64,000 nucleotides of DNA from Blasia pusilla (taxonomy: Eukaryota). Below, piece after piece: positions 9,970 to 21,240 of the stretch; position 1 is the first letter of the stretch, and each line of letters opens with the position of its first letter. The notes under the pieces are model-generated. The model was given only the letters and a program-made list of their open reading frames with translations, did no database searches and was not told where the DNA came from. The translations under genes and the position numbers were made by a program. The DNA is taken from assembly GCA_050084515.1 (NCBI GenBank), contig CM114271.1, positions 1,922,001 through 1,986,000 of the forward strand, given 5' to 3'.

Positions 9970-12900
9970 CTAAGTACATCGAGGACAAACCCACCTTCCA
10001 CTAGGAACAACATCCATACGTGGAGTCAAACACATCATGTGCCAACCCTAGAACACCGATCACACACCAACATACGGGTTGCGTTACCAGCAGATCCACA
10101 CAACATGCACCTCAAGCTAGCACGTATCATGGCTAAGCTTGGGTCAACAGTACCATCCACATTTGGAAGATGACATGGCGCACAATTACGCACATGGTCC
10201 TTCCAAACAACTCCATCACGACCCTCCAACATGAGAACTCCAGAAGCTAACACCTCGCAAGACTCGTAAAATAGTGCGGCCTGCCGTCACATCCAACGTT
10301 GTCGGTGCAATCTGCTGCAAATAGACATAGTCCCCCACATGGAACCTACGAATCGATGGTTGATAACCTCCACCTTGAATGGTTGCATACCGCAACGTAT
10401 CCCTGTGTTGAGCAATGGCAAGATTCTCAAAGGTCGTTGGCATAACTCTCGAAAGAAAGAGCTCCGCCGGCGAGAACACACCCTCATCCAAATCTGGGTC
10501 ATCAAGGTTCACCACCTCACTAGACTCCCGACAAATTCTTTCTTGGCAAGTCTGGATCTTGGCCATATAACAGAAAATAAGGTGAGAAGGAAGCCAAGGA
10601 TGCTTGGCGACTGAACCTATACCCCATGGCTAACCATGGCAATCGAACATCCAGTCTCAAGATGCCCCTTCAGAGGCCATACTTGCGCAATGCCCTCTTC
10701 ACCGCCTCGAACCACACGCTCAGCCAAACCATCCGCCTTGGATGATCTCGAGATGTGGTCCGATGATCAATCAACGCCTTGTCACACAAGACCGAAACTC
10801 ACGAAACTCAGACCGGTCGGTCAAGACACTTCAGCTGGTGCACCAAAATGACTAAGCACTCTATCTAGAAACGCATACGCCGTTCCCTCACTTGCCTTGT
10901 CCGGTAATGCCACCAACTCAATCCACTTGGAGAAGTGCTCCACCATCACCAACACATATCAATGATGTCGTACAGTGAACGGTAACGGTCCCGCAAAGTC
11001 CACACTCCAACGGTAACCCAACCCCATAATAGGCAAGGGGTGTAATTGTGGTGTAGGGGCATTAAATGATGCCCTCACCCGGTCACAAACCATACAACAT
11101 GACACCAACTGCTGCATGCCACGCCATCAATATCGGCCAAGGAGTAAGCTATACGACGCTTTACCCCAAAATGTCCCAACTCCTCATGGGCATGTCGCAC
11201 AATGCCTCTCTCTTGAGCCAAATGTGGCACTACTCGTACTCTACCATCCTCCCACACGCGGAGAATATGTGTTCCCTCCAATCGATACCTCTTAGCACGT
11301 TGAAGAACACGGTCTCGCTCCTTGGCACTCACTATGCCTGGCACCCTACTGGTCCATAGGAACTCCAACACCAACGCATCATCATGAATATCACGCTGAT
11401 CCGTACTACCATCTCCAACCTTAGGATCTGAAGGGTGGCCATCTACCCTCTGACTAGAGTAAGATATCATGTGGTCCTCCATACTAGAGTCCACCCCTTA
11501 CCAACATAAAAAGGCGGATGCATGCCAACCTGGCACCATCTCCTCATCAACCTCGCCATGCCATCTAGCCCCAGTTGTATCCTGTTGGCTAGTACATGGG
11601 TTCCTACTCAACCCATCAGCATCAAGGTTGGCAACTCTAGGTCTATGTACCACCTGGAAGTCATACTCCTGTAAGATAAGAGCCCACCGTGCAAGCTTCC
11701 CTGTAAGCTTGTCCGACTCCATCAACCACTTGAGCGGTTGGTGATCAGTAACAAGGGTAAAGTGGGTGCCAAACAAGTAACACCTAAAGTGTGCCACAAC
11801 CCACACTACTGCCAAGCACTCTCCCTCATATGAACTATAGCGCGACTCCGCTGCATTATTCGAACGACTTGCATAGGCCACCACAAACTCCATGTGCTCA
11901 TCATCATGTTGTGTCAACACCGCTCCAAGTCCCAACCTACTCCAATCGTGTGTAATCTGAAATGGGCGCCCTCGATAGGTCTCCTCAAGATAGGCGCGCC
12001 ACCAATCGGGCCTTAAGCTCCACAAAAGCTCTCTCGATCATCTCCCAAAGTGCCACTCTTGATCTGATTTCAGCAATTGGTTCAAAGGCTTTGCCATAGC
12101 ACTAAATCCTTTCACATACTTCCGATAGTAGTTCGCCAATCCCATGAATGCTCGAACTCTACTCACATCTACCGGACGTGGAATAAGTGCAATAGCCTCC
12201 ACCTTTGCTTGCTGAACTCCCAAACCACCTGGATAGATCACATGACCCAAGTACTCAACATCCTCATGGAAGAACTTACACTTTCCTGGATGCAAACGTA
12301 GACCATGAGCTTTCAACCGCTCAAACACCATATGCAAATGTATCTGATGCTCCTCCACCGTGTTACTGAACACCAAGATATCATCAATGTAACACCGAAC
12401 AAAATCCAACCCTTCTAGGATCTTGTCCATCACTCTTTGAAACTCGGCAGGTGCATTCTTCAACCCAAAGGGTAAGAATTTCCACTAGTACAAACAATCC
12501 TTGCCATGAGAGTTGACACCCCACGAATCTTTGTCTTGGCCTTGTCACTCTCCGAATCGGCAATTGATGGTATCTGCCCGAAGATCCAAAGTATCTGAAA
12601 ATCTTTGCCTGTACCACCACATCAAAGATCTCTCAGGTGTAGGCATGGCATACCTATCGGCCTTGGTTTGCCGATTGATAGGGACGGTAATCTCCACACA
12701 TCCGCCTATCCGTGTAGTTGCCATGCATATCCTTTTTAGCAAGCATGACGGTGGCCGATGCATACTCTCCATGCGACAACTCCACTAATCCAGCCTCCAA
12801 AAGGTCCAACGTCCTACTCTGAATCAAGTCCCTCTCCATATCACTATATCGGTAGGGACGACGGAAGATTGGCGTATCACTAGCCAAATCAATCCGTATA

Positions 12901-15900
12901 CCGAGTCCAACCAGAGAACCCAACTCCTTCATGCTAAAGGCAAAACAACTCCTATAAGCATGTAGGAGGCGTGTCAGCGTCGTTTCTCACCTCCCGTAAG
13001 CTTGGGCCCAAGTAATGGCTCCCAAGTCTCCTCCTTTGGCACACTAGAGGGAGAGGGCGATGCCATTGGTCGCTACTCATAACCCCCTCACAAGATGGTA
13101 CACCCTTAGCTACACCATCATCTGAGCAAATAACTCCTCCACCAGCATGAGCAACCAACTCCACATGCCCAGCCATTACATCCCATTTACTCCAAGGATG
13201 CAAAATACTACTCTCCTCGCCCCCAGCCGATGCCTCTACCGTCCCGGTAGCCATCGAGCTCATTACAAGGGGTGGAAGACCCTGAGACATAGTCCGAAGT
13301 CGATTTGCTCGACCATACCAAGACTCAAAATCCAAGTCAAACAATTCAGGTCCATGGCCTGACCCAACACATGACGTCGTGAAGCCTCGGAAATAGAAGC
13401 AACGGGCATTTGTCACACCAATAGCAAATCCCATCGCGACGCTCTCTCGATCAAGTGTTAGGCTCCACCAAGCCGCCGCACATAAGAATCCCATACAAGC
13501 CCCGGACCACCTTCCCTGTAGGCATGTGACGAGGGAAAACTCACAAATGTGGGTAGTGCCATCCTAGGCTGGCCCACACGGTTCACCACTGCCATGGGTG
13601 ACCGATCAATAACCCTCACCACTTGAGAAAGTCGCCCAAGATATCAAGATACTATCCTTTGAAGGCGAGGATCCCAGACCGCATCATATGCTCGACGTAG
13701 AACCTCCCTAGGCAACAAGTTTGTCCACCACAAGCGTGGGCGATGTGCACGCTGAGCCAACTGCGCATTTGCATCCAACAACACCACCTGGTCCAATCCA
13801 AGACCGCACCTCATGAACACTCGCCATCATCCGGGTCCGAGTGTCACCCAACAATGGAACATTCTCCAAAATGTAAGCTAGAGCACGTGCCTGATGAACC
13901 TGAAGATGTCGTAACACCCGTAACATCTCCCAAAACAATCGAGACCTAGGGTCATGTAATCCCTCACCACGACCAGACGTGTATGACCCTGACATGGCCA
14001 TCCAGCAATCACCAAATCCACAGGACCAACCCTCTCAAGGTCCTGCGCCCCCAACAATGCAATGTGTGATGGTAAAGCACGCTGGTACCCACGAATAGCT
14101 GATGGCGACAACAACTCGGGATATCTCGCATCAATCGACCAATATGTCGGGATGAGACTCTCTGGGCCGTCTCATCTCGCTCCACATACACGTATCTCCG
14201 CACAGGAATACCGGCCTGCAACACTACAGCCAAACCAGTGCTAATCCCACCAAAGAGATCTAACACACAAATGCCCTCCGACGGATACTGCCATACAATG
14301 GGTGTAGTATCCAAAGGGATAACTAATGGACCAGAAGTAGGAGTCCGTGGGGCCTCCTCTTCCTCGTGAGGTATAATGACCTCACACCAAGCCTCTGCAC
14401 TAGGCGATCGCCTCTGCCGTAGTGCACCGCTGAACTCCAAAGTGGCACATCCAACGATGAGGATGCCACTGCTGCAAAAATAAGGACCTCCTCTACCTCC
14501 TCATGCGCAGGAGAATCCATAGCAGAAAAATTACCCTCCAAAAAGTCTCCTGGCCAAGTGACTACTCCACTAAAACCAGCCACAGATGCTAACATTGTTG
14601 GGAAGACCCTCTGGTCGAGCCCCGAAATAAATCTCACAGAACTTGGCTCATACGTCCATCCCTGATGCCAACCAGGTGTAAGACGCTGTCTCGATCCGGT
14701 AATCCATCCGAAAACCCATCGGTACAACATCGCTCCTCCAACTAGTACATCATACGACTCGGCCGATGTGACTACCGCAGATACTCCCAACCGGGAGCTA
14801 TCAGTCGCATGATCTGGTCTCAACTGTACAGAAAAATTTTCCCGTGTCATGAATTGAGACCTATCATTGGCTCCTCCAAGTGATGTTTGAATCTGGAATG
14901 GGCAAGGCTCAAGCTCGACCTCCGAATACCCAAACCAATACATGCCGCCTTTCCCAACATCAAGGTTGGGCACCGAGTCTAACAAGACTCTATCTGGTCT
15001 ATACACTGTCTGTAGGACTCACCAATCGGAAGATCCCACCGGTTGTCCAACATACATACACCAGGTGTAAGCCTCTCACGATCAATGGTGGCCGGGTGGT
15101 AATGCATCCATCTTCGCCATTTCTTTGCTCGCTAAGTAGCATGGTACTCAATGCTACACGACATAGAGGGTCGCTCCACCGCAACATCCTCATCCACCTC
15201 AACACGTGTAGCAAGAACACCCCACGTTCACACAATGTGGTCGCTAGCTGAAATACTGAGCTAAGTCAACTCCTAAAGCCATCGGCTCCGTGGGCGAAAA
15301 CAATGGGGATCCCAACACTAAAGTTGCCATCCGCACATCTTGATCGATCTTGCATCCGTGTCTACTACACGCCGATGTAGATGCCTCGATCCCCAATGTC
15401 GGCTCAATAGGCTGCGAGGAACCATGGATGGAGTCCTAAGCACCTCGAGACAACAAGAATGATGGGAAGCCTAGCCTGCCTCCCAGCCTCACCCCTCTAT
15501 GGGTCCAACTCCACAGTAGCACCACGTGGCTCTGACGTTCGAGTGGCTCCTCTCATAAGTGCAGCTGATGCCTTAACCTGTGCTGCACTCGCCATATAAG
15601 AGAGATCATCCCCTCCATAAGAGGTGGAAGCTCCTACTCCCGAACCTGATCTATGCTGGATACCAGCCATAGTAGCCAACTTCTGCTCCAACTGCTCAAT
15701 CCTGGCAGCCATAGCTGACTCTGTCGTAGTGGTAGGGTTGCCACCGTAGGCTCTCCAACCACTGGTCCACCTCTACCACCTCGACCTCTCAGAGCTACTC
15801 CACCACGGCCGCGGCCTGATCTCAACTCTGGATGAAGATCAAAGCAACGCTCTCGAGGATGACCTGGTGTCCCGCAATGATCACACTGAGTTGGGGCCGA

Positions 15901-17069
15901 CTGAGACCCATCCTCCAAAGTCCGTCTCCCATCCTCTTGGGGACAAAACTTCCTAACATGATCACCTCCACATGTCCAACATGACTGTCCTTGCTGCGGG
16001 GCAGCAAATGAAGGCAATGGTCTCTGCGCAAGTGTCCCTCTAGGACTTGACTAAGGTCGTGTGTACCCCCCACGACTCCCACTACTACTACCACCACCAC
16101 TACTACGAGACTGTGAGGTGGGCGGTTGAACACGAGAAGTAGTAGTTGTATCCCTACTGAATGCGGATGTCACCACTCTCTCCTTCACCATGTTAAGCTC
16201 AATCTTCTCAGATAGAGCAAACACATGGGTCAATGTGGGTGAATCATCACTCATAAGAGTAGCATCACGTACCCTACGGGCGCAAATCTCTGTCCAAGAT
16301 CCCATACCAAAAGCTGGATCGCTCGATCCTCAATCACACCCTGGGTAATGAAATCAGCGTCGATACGAGTGTATGCCTCACGAAGACTCTCACCGTCTTT
16401 CGCTCAAATTCTGAAGATTCCTCAACTTTTCCGTCTTCACTCCCTGATAGTTCTTCTTCAACCTCTTGAAGAACTCTGCAATCGAGATGAACGATGGTGG
16501 GGCACTAGTACCTCCACTAGTACCCCCCTCCGGCCTCGCACTGCACCACTCAACGTCGGGCTGGCTAGCATAGTAGGAGCACTACTACCAATACCACCAT
16601 GGGTGATAGACACATAGCCTGGAGACCAATATTGTCTCCATGCCTCAATCTCAGCAACATGGTCCTTCCTAAACTCATGGTTATCATCCATGGGTGGTCC
16701 TTCCAAGTGCTGAAACAACCCCTTCCAAGCCAAGAAGGGTGTAAACAACGTGGCGTTCCGCAACATCTGCATATCACACCATGTATCAAACTCCTGCATG
16801 AAGTCCTCCAACTCAATGGTACCCACTACACCCGAGTATCGTCGTGGGCCCTTCATGGCCCCATATCCACCGTCCATGTCCCAAATCAATGGAGCTGCAA
16901 CACTCGATAACAACGTAGAAGACTCGGTGTTTGGAACACCCTCGTCCTCCTCTTCATCAACCGTCGGAAGTGGAAAAGGTAGCCGATACCTAAATCCACT
17001 CCGTGTGAAACCACCATTGTCCGCACCACGGTCCCCAACCAGACCACTCGACAGCTCCGTGATGACCAA
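9970..17069 (-). pseudogene. El-2 Gag-PR-DNMT-RT-RH-INT-PHD polyprotein (many frameshifts)
   Basis: Knuckles CWTCGGDHVRKFC and CDHCGTPGHPRERC; RVLLDS; DNMT motifs; CYIDDILV; YSSYEGECLAV; HAHEELGHFG; C-terminal CMLC...CDRC...WVCPRC. Confidence 0.9.
13330..14278 (-). pseudogene. El-2 DNMT3-like methyltransferase domain
   Basis: ICVLDLFGGISTG, YVYVERDE, GPVDLVIAGWPCQGH, RSRLFWEMLRVL, YILENVPLLGD, AHRPRLWWTNL, VLGQAMD. Confidence 0.92.
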
Positions 17070-18028
17070 CGCCGATGCCGCACCACCACCAAATTACCCA
17101 AGTGATGTCGATGTCGCTCTATTATTGTAGCTCTCCTAGCTATGGGTGTAGGCAACCTAACCTCTCATCACCACAAGAAGCCTCCCATGGTCTACTGGTC
17201 ATCACTCCAGCCTCACTATCAGTAGCACACATGAGTAACACTACTCTGGAAATCAGCGTCAACCCTAACAATGGGCGCGCAAGCAAGAAGCACGATGGAG
17301 GGGATCCAAACACATGAAGTCCAACGACAACCCTCCAATCGCAAATGGAAATCAAGGTAACACAATCCACCAAACGTGGTGCCCCCCTGAATCCACAAAA
17401 CCCACCACACAATTCTAACGCAATAGCTACTCCGCCGCGGGTCGATGACGTACTAGTCGAACTTGCAGCACCTGAAAATATCACCTGCATGGAGAGGCTA
17501 CACCGTACTATGCGCTAGAGGTACATCAACCAAAAACCTGAGATGCATAAAGCGCCTAACACATCTCCGAACAGCACCAAATGAGCTACAACAGTGTGTA
17601 CACTGGCATAGTTAAGAACTCAACAGTTAAGCGTCCTCCAGGCAGAATAGCCCAAAGATGGGTGACCAGTTATGCAAAACTCAAATCCCAAATCCTGCAA
17701 AAATTACCTCACGCCCAAGCAAGCAAGCTTGCTTGCTTGCTCCTTGCTCCTTGCTCCTTACTCCGCCTCTCACGCCCACTCGCCCCGAGCTACCACGAGT
17801 TGCCTCGAAGCCTCGAAGCCTCAAAGAACTGACTGTTCTTTGAGGGCACTCCACCTTATATCCTCCAACCTAAGAGCGGGCCCTACTGGGAAAGTCACCC
17901 CCAACTGAGTAACCCCCAACCCTATGTATGGAACCGCATCTCTACCAAGCCACTACGGTCCTACATAAGGAATGGCCTCTACTAGCACACCATACTCTAC
18001 GACATAATCCGTATGGTCATGACAATCG

Positions 18029-18461
18029 GGATACGTTGAGGTATGCGACTATTCAGGGTGGTGGTTAACGACAAACTATCCGGAGGTTTCATTAGGGAGA
18101 TTATGTCTACTTGCAACAGACGGCACCGACGATGTTGGATGTGACTGTAGGGCGCACTATCTTGAGAGTACGTGACGTTTTGCCATCCGGTGTTCTCTTG
18201 CTGGAGGGACGCGATGGTATGGTATGGAAGGACCATGTGCGTAATTGTGCACCATGTCACCTTCCTAACATTGATGGTACATTGGATCCGAGCTTAGTAG
18301 TAGTTCCTACAGGCTTGTGTTGTATGTTGTGTGGTTATGCTCGTGGTGCGGTCACAATACTAGTCTATGATGGTTTTTCGAGAGGTTGGCATATGGCATG
18401 TCCGACGCCACCTCTCACTAGGGTTCCTTGGGGACGATGGATGTGTCCCAGATGTACATAG
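18029..18461 (+). pseudogene. El-1 integrase C-terminus with PHD finger
   Basis: CCMLCGY...VYDGFSRGWHMACPTPPLTRVPWGRWMCPRC. El-2 and El-3 retain CDxC, giving a C4HC3 PHD pattern. Confidence 0.88.
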
Positions 18462-18647
18462 AGGAGATACTAGGTAGGTTTCGATACTGACTTTTTCTCT
18501 GATATGGATGAGAGGAAGGCGACTAACAATGGGGCCACATGAGCACCCGACCTTCTTGCTCTTAGCGTCCGAGAGATGTATGTTATGGTAGGTAGGGATA
18601 GATGGCTATCTAGAGTTAGAGGGACCTAACCACCAGCTAGGGGGGCG

Positions 18648-18774
18648 ATTGGAGATATTTGGTACTTCTTGTCTCGTTTTTTGGATGCTATGAGTTAGCA
18701 TGGGATCGTGCGTGTTTGTGTGTGTGTTCGGTGACAGCGATGTATGTTGTGTAGCGATGTGTATGCGCACGACA
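18648..18774 (+). repeat. El-1 internal repeat B1 (ends GCACGACA), preceded by G-tract TAGGGGGGCG
   Basis: Matches B2 at 19116-19225 and El-3 B1/B2 on the minus strand. Confidence 0.9.
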
Positions 18775-18776
18775 GT

Positions 18777-19225
18777 TGTCACTTGGTTTATGATAGATCG
18801 GTGAGATCTAGTAGAGCGTCTTCAAGAGTAGTGGAAGACATGCCTAGGAGTTCGAGGATGACTTGGGAGAATATGTTACCATGGAGAGAGCTTGGGACAG
18901 GGGAGGGGTATATATCCCAAGGAGAGAGAGCTTGAGAGCTCATTCTCTCTTTGTTGAACCTCTTGGCATGAGGCGGCGGAGCTATGATCCCTTGCCTTGT
19001 GAGTGTAACCCAAGCCTCTCATTAGGAGAGTGGGTTTGGTTTGATATGAGAGAGAGTGCACACCTTTGAGAGCTATGGTGTGAGATTGTGTAGAGAGAGA
19101 TTGGATCTTACTTTAATTGGAAATATTTGGTACTTCTTGTTTCGTTGTTTGGATGCCATGAGTTATCATGGGATCGTGCGTATTTGTGTGTGTGTTCGGT
19201 GACAGCGATGTATATGCGCACGACA
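18777..19225 (+). repeat. El-1 A2+B2 terminal unit (TGTC...GACA)
   Basis: A2 (18777-19115) matches A1 apart from an internal deletion; B2 (19116-19225) matches B1. Confidence 0.9.
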
Positions 19226-19369
19226 CCATTGCAAGGCCCCACATCAATTTTGGGTTTTATTCCAAAGACACTTTGAAGTCTATCCCATCTCTTTGGAGTT
19301 GCACGCAAGGTTGCACACAAACGGACAAGTCCACGGACATGCGCGGCTTGCACCCGAGCCCGCCGCGCA

Positions 19370-19610
19370 GACTTGGGCTGGCGGAGCCCATACCCGTTGT
19401 GCGGCTTGCGTCAGACCCGCAACTAGGCTTGCAGGGTAGGCTCAAGCCCACACACGACTCGCATGGCGGGATGGAGGCCCGCATAGAGCCCGCCCAATGC
19501 TCGTGAAGGGCCCACCATGCAAGCTCTACGCGGGCCTCCAACCCGCCATGCCGGTCATGCGCCGGCCTAGTTGCAGGCCACACAACGGGTGGGGGTTGCC
19601 GGTGCCCGAG
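19370..19610. repeat. GC-rich foldback (long imperfect inverted repeat), possible MITE remnant
   Basis: 19461-19489 pairs with 19523-19551 (27/29 by eye); outer arms GCAACTAGGC/GCCTAGTTGC and CCCGTTGTG/CACAACGGG. Confidence 0.6.
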
Positions 19611-20556
19611 CCCGCACGGACATGTCCATCCATAAGACGGACATAAGTCCGCGGACCTGGACATATCCGCAGACCGTGGTTGCACGCCATTGGAAACTAG
19701 TCTTGAACCAGAGATTATGTTGAGGCGACATGCACGCATGCCGCGGTGAGTGAATGAATATATGTTACTCCATCGTACTCCATTTATTTTCAATTTGGTC
19801 ATGATATTCATTTTTGCATTTGCATCGCTTCGGACTACATTTGATCAACAAACCCCATGGTGATTCTTGGCTTGAAAGGAAACCTTGTTGAATTAATCCT
19901 AATAGGAATCTTCCATTCGTGTCATTTCACAATACTCTTTGAACCTCGATAGCAACCAAAGCAAACAACAACCATGAGGAAATCTCCATGTAGAGGAGGC
20001 TCCTTTGACAAGTGAGGAAAGGGATTTTCATTCGGATCTTGATAGAAACCACATGCATATCACGTGTATTTTCAATGTCTTGCCAAGAAATTAAAAAAAT
20101 AAAAATAAATTATACCAAATGATAACTTTAATATTAAATAAAAACCAATCCGTGGCCCTCAGAGGGGTGGGAGAGAAAATAATCAATGAATATGTGGATA
20201 AGACCGTAAGGGACCTCATTTCCGCGACCAATATATGTTTCCCTTAGACAATCCAAGAAAATATAGTAGTCCTTTGTAGAAACCTTAGACATGCAGTAGT
20301 AGTAAGGGCAGCCAGGACACTGCACAATTTCTGCACTCAACCTCTCGCCCATGGGACTCGGCTCTAAGGCCTTTTGGGGTTAAATGAGAGTTATCCCACA
20401 CGTGGCCTTATGAGGAGTATGTATGTATGGCATTGTAAGGATCATACTTGAAGGTTTAGTGGGTTTGTATTTTGGGGTGCGTTCAAGAGAAGGTGATGGA
20501 AATTCAAAATAAATTCCCACTTGTGATCATGTGGAGGCGCCTTAAATAATAATATA

Positions 20557-21240
20557 TCTATATAATAATGGGTGACCACATATGCACAATAAGACAAAAT
20601 AGGAAACATCCTTGAATTTTGTTTTTTGAGCCCTATTAGATGGGTAGAAATAGAACAAAGGAAATGAATAGGGATGTCAGTTGAATATATATTAATAAAT
20701 AAATAAATAAATAAAATTATAATGGGTCATTTTAAATATCACTAAAAATAAAAAAATGATAAATAACCAAAATTTTAGAATTTCTACCTCAATTCATATT
20801 TGATGAAAAAAGGAAAAAAAATTTTTATGGAGTAGATTTTGTTTAAATTTTATGGAAAAATAAAATTACTTAGTGTATTGGGATATCATTTCAATTTGAA
20901 TGGAGAATTGTAATTATTAAGAATAGTGAAATGTTATTACTCTTCTAAGATTTTAGAAAATAGAAATCATATTTAAAATTTGAAGTCAATAACATGGCCA
21001 TTTTTAAAAATAATTATATCAATTCACATGTGATATTTTGGGAAAGGAAAATAAATTTGAACGGAAAAGGAAAATTATTCTGTTAACTAAAATTAACTAA
21101 GATTTTGAAATGTGAAAATTTCTTATTCTTTTTAGATTAAAAAAAGGAAATTTTACTTAAATTTTAAAATTAAATTAAAATTTAAACATAGTTTTAAAAA
21201 TTATTATTGACACCTGGTTTTTCAAGCCCTATTGACATGT
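20557..21240 (+). mobile_element. AT-rich non-autonomous Helitron-like repeat (3' end not found)
   Basis: Starts A|TCTATATAATAA and is collinear with 62833-63460 (e.g. CTCAATTCATATTTGATG, GGAGTAGATTTTGTTTAAATTTTATGGA). Confidence 0.6.

Larger units (their letters stand above)
9222..18024 (-). mobile_element. El-2: divergent member of the same DNMT/split-direct-repeat retroelement lineage, nested in El-1 integrase
   Basis: Plus-strand ends TGTCGTGCG (9222) and CATGACA (18024). Perfect TSD ATCG (9218-9221 / 18025-18028). Repeats: A1 17820-18024, B1 9692-9797, A2 9491-9687, B2 9222-9328. Confidence 0.93.
263..19225 (+). mobile_element. El-1: Ty3/gypsy-like DDE-integrase retroelement with a DNA cytosine methyltransferase and split direct repeats (interrupted by El-2)
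   Basis: Starts TGTCACG at 263 and ends GCACGACA at 19225. Perfect 4-bp TSD CCAT (259-262 / 19226-19229). Gag, PR, DNMT, RT, RH, INT and PHD motifs occur in order; repeats are arranged A1-body-B1-A2-B2. Confidence 0.93.

Noticed and set aside
263-19225. DIRS/Ngaro tyrosine-recombinase retrotransposon, suggested by the split repeats and a methyltransferase
   Set aside because: No tyrosine-recombinase motifs seen. There is a DDE integrase, a protease and 4-bp TSDs, and the MTase is C5-cytosine type (PCQ/ENV), not the adenine-MTase type of DIRS elements.
18648-19225. Ordinary LTR element with a second element or solo LTR inserted at its 3' end, or an assembly artefact
   Set aside because: The same layout recurs in three insertions from two diverged subfamilies, each bounded by its own TSD.
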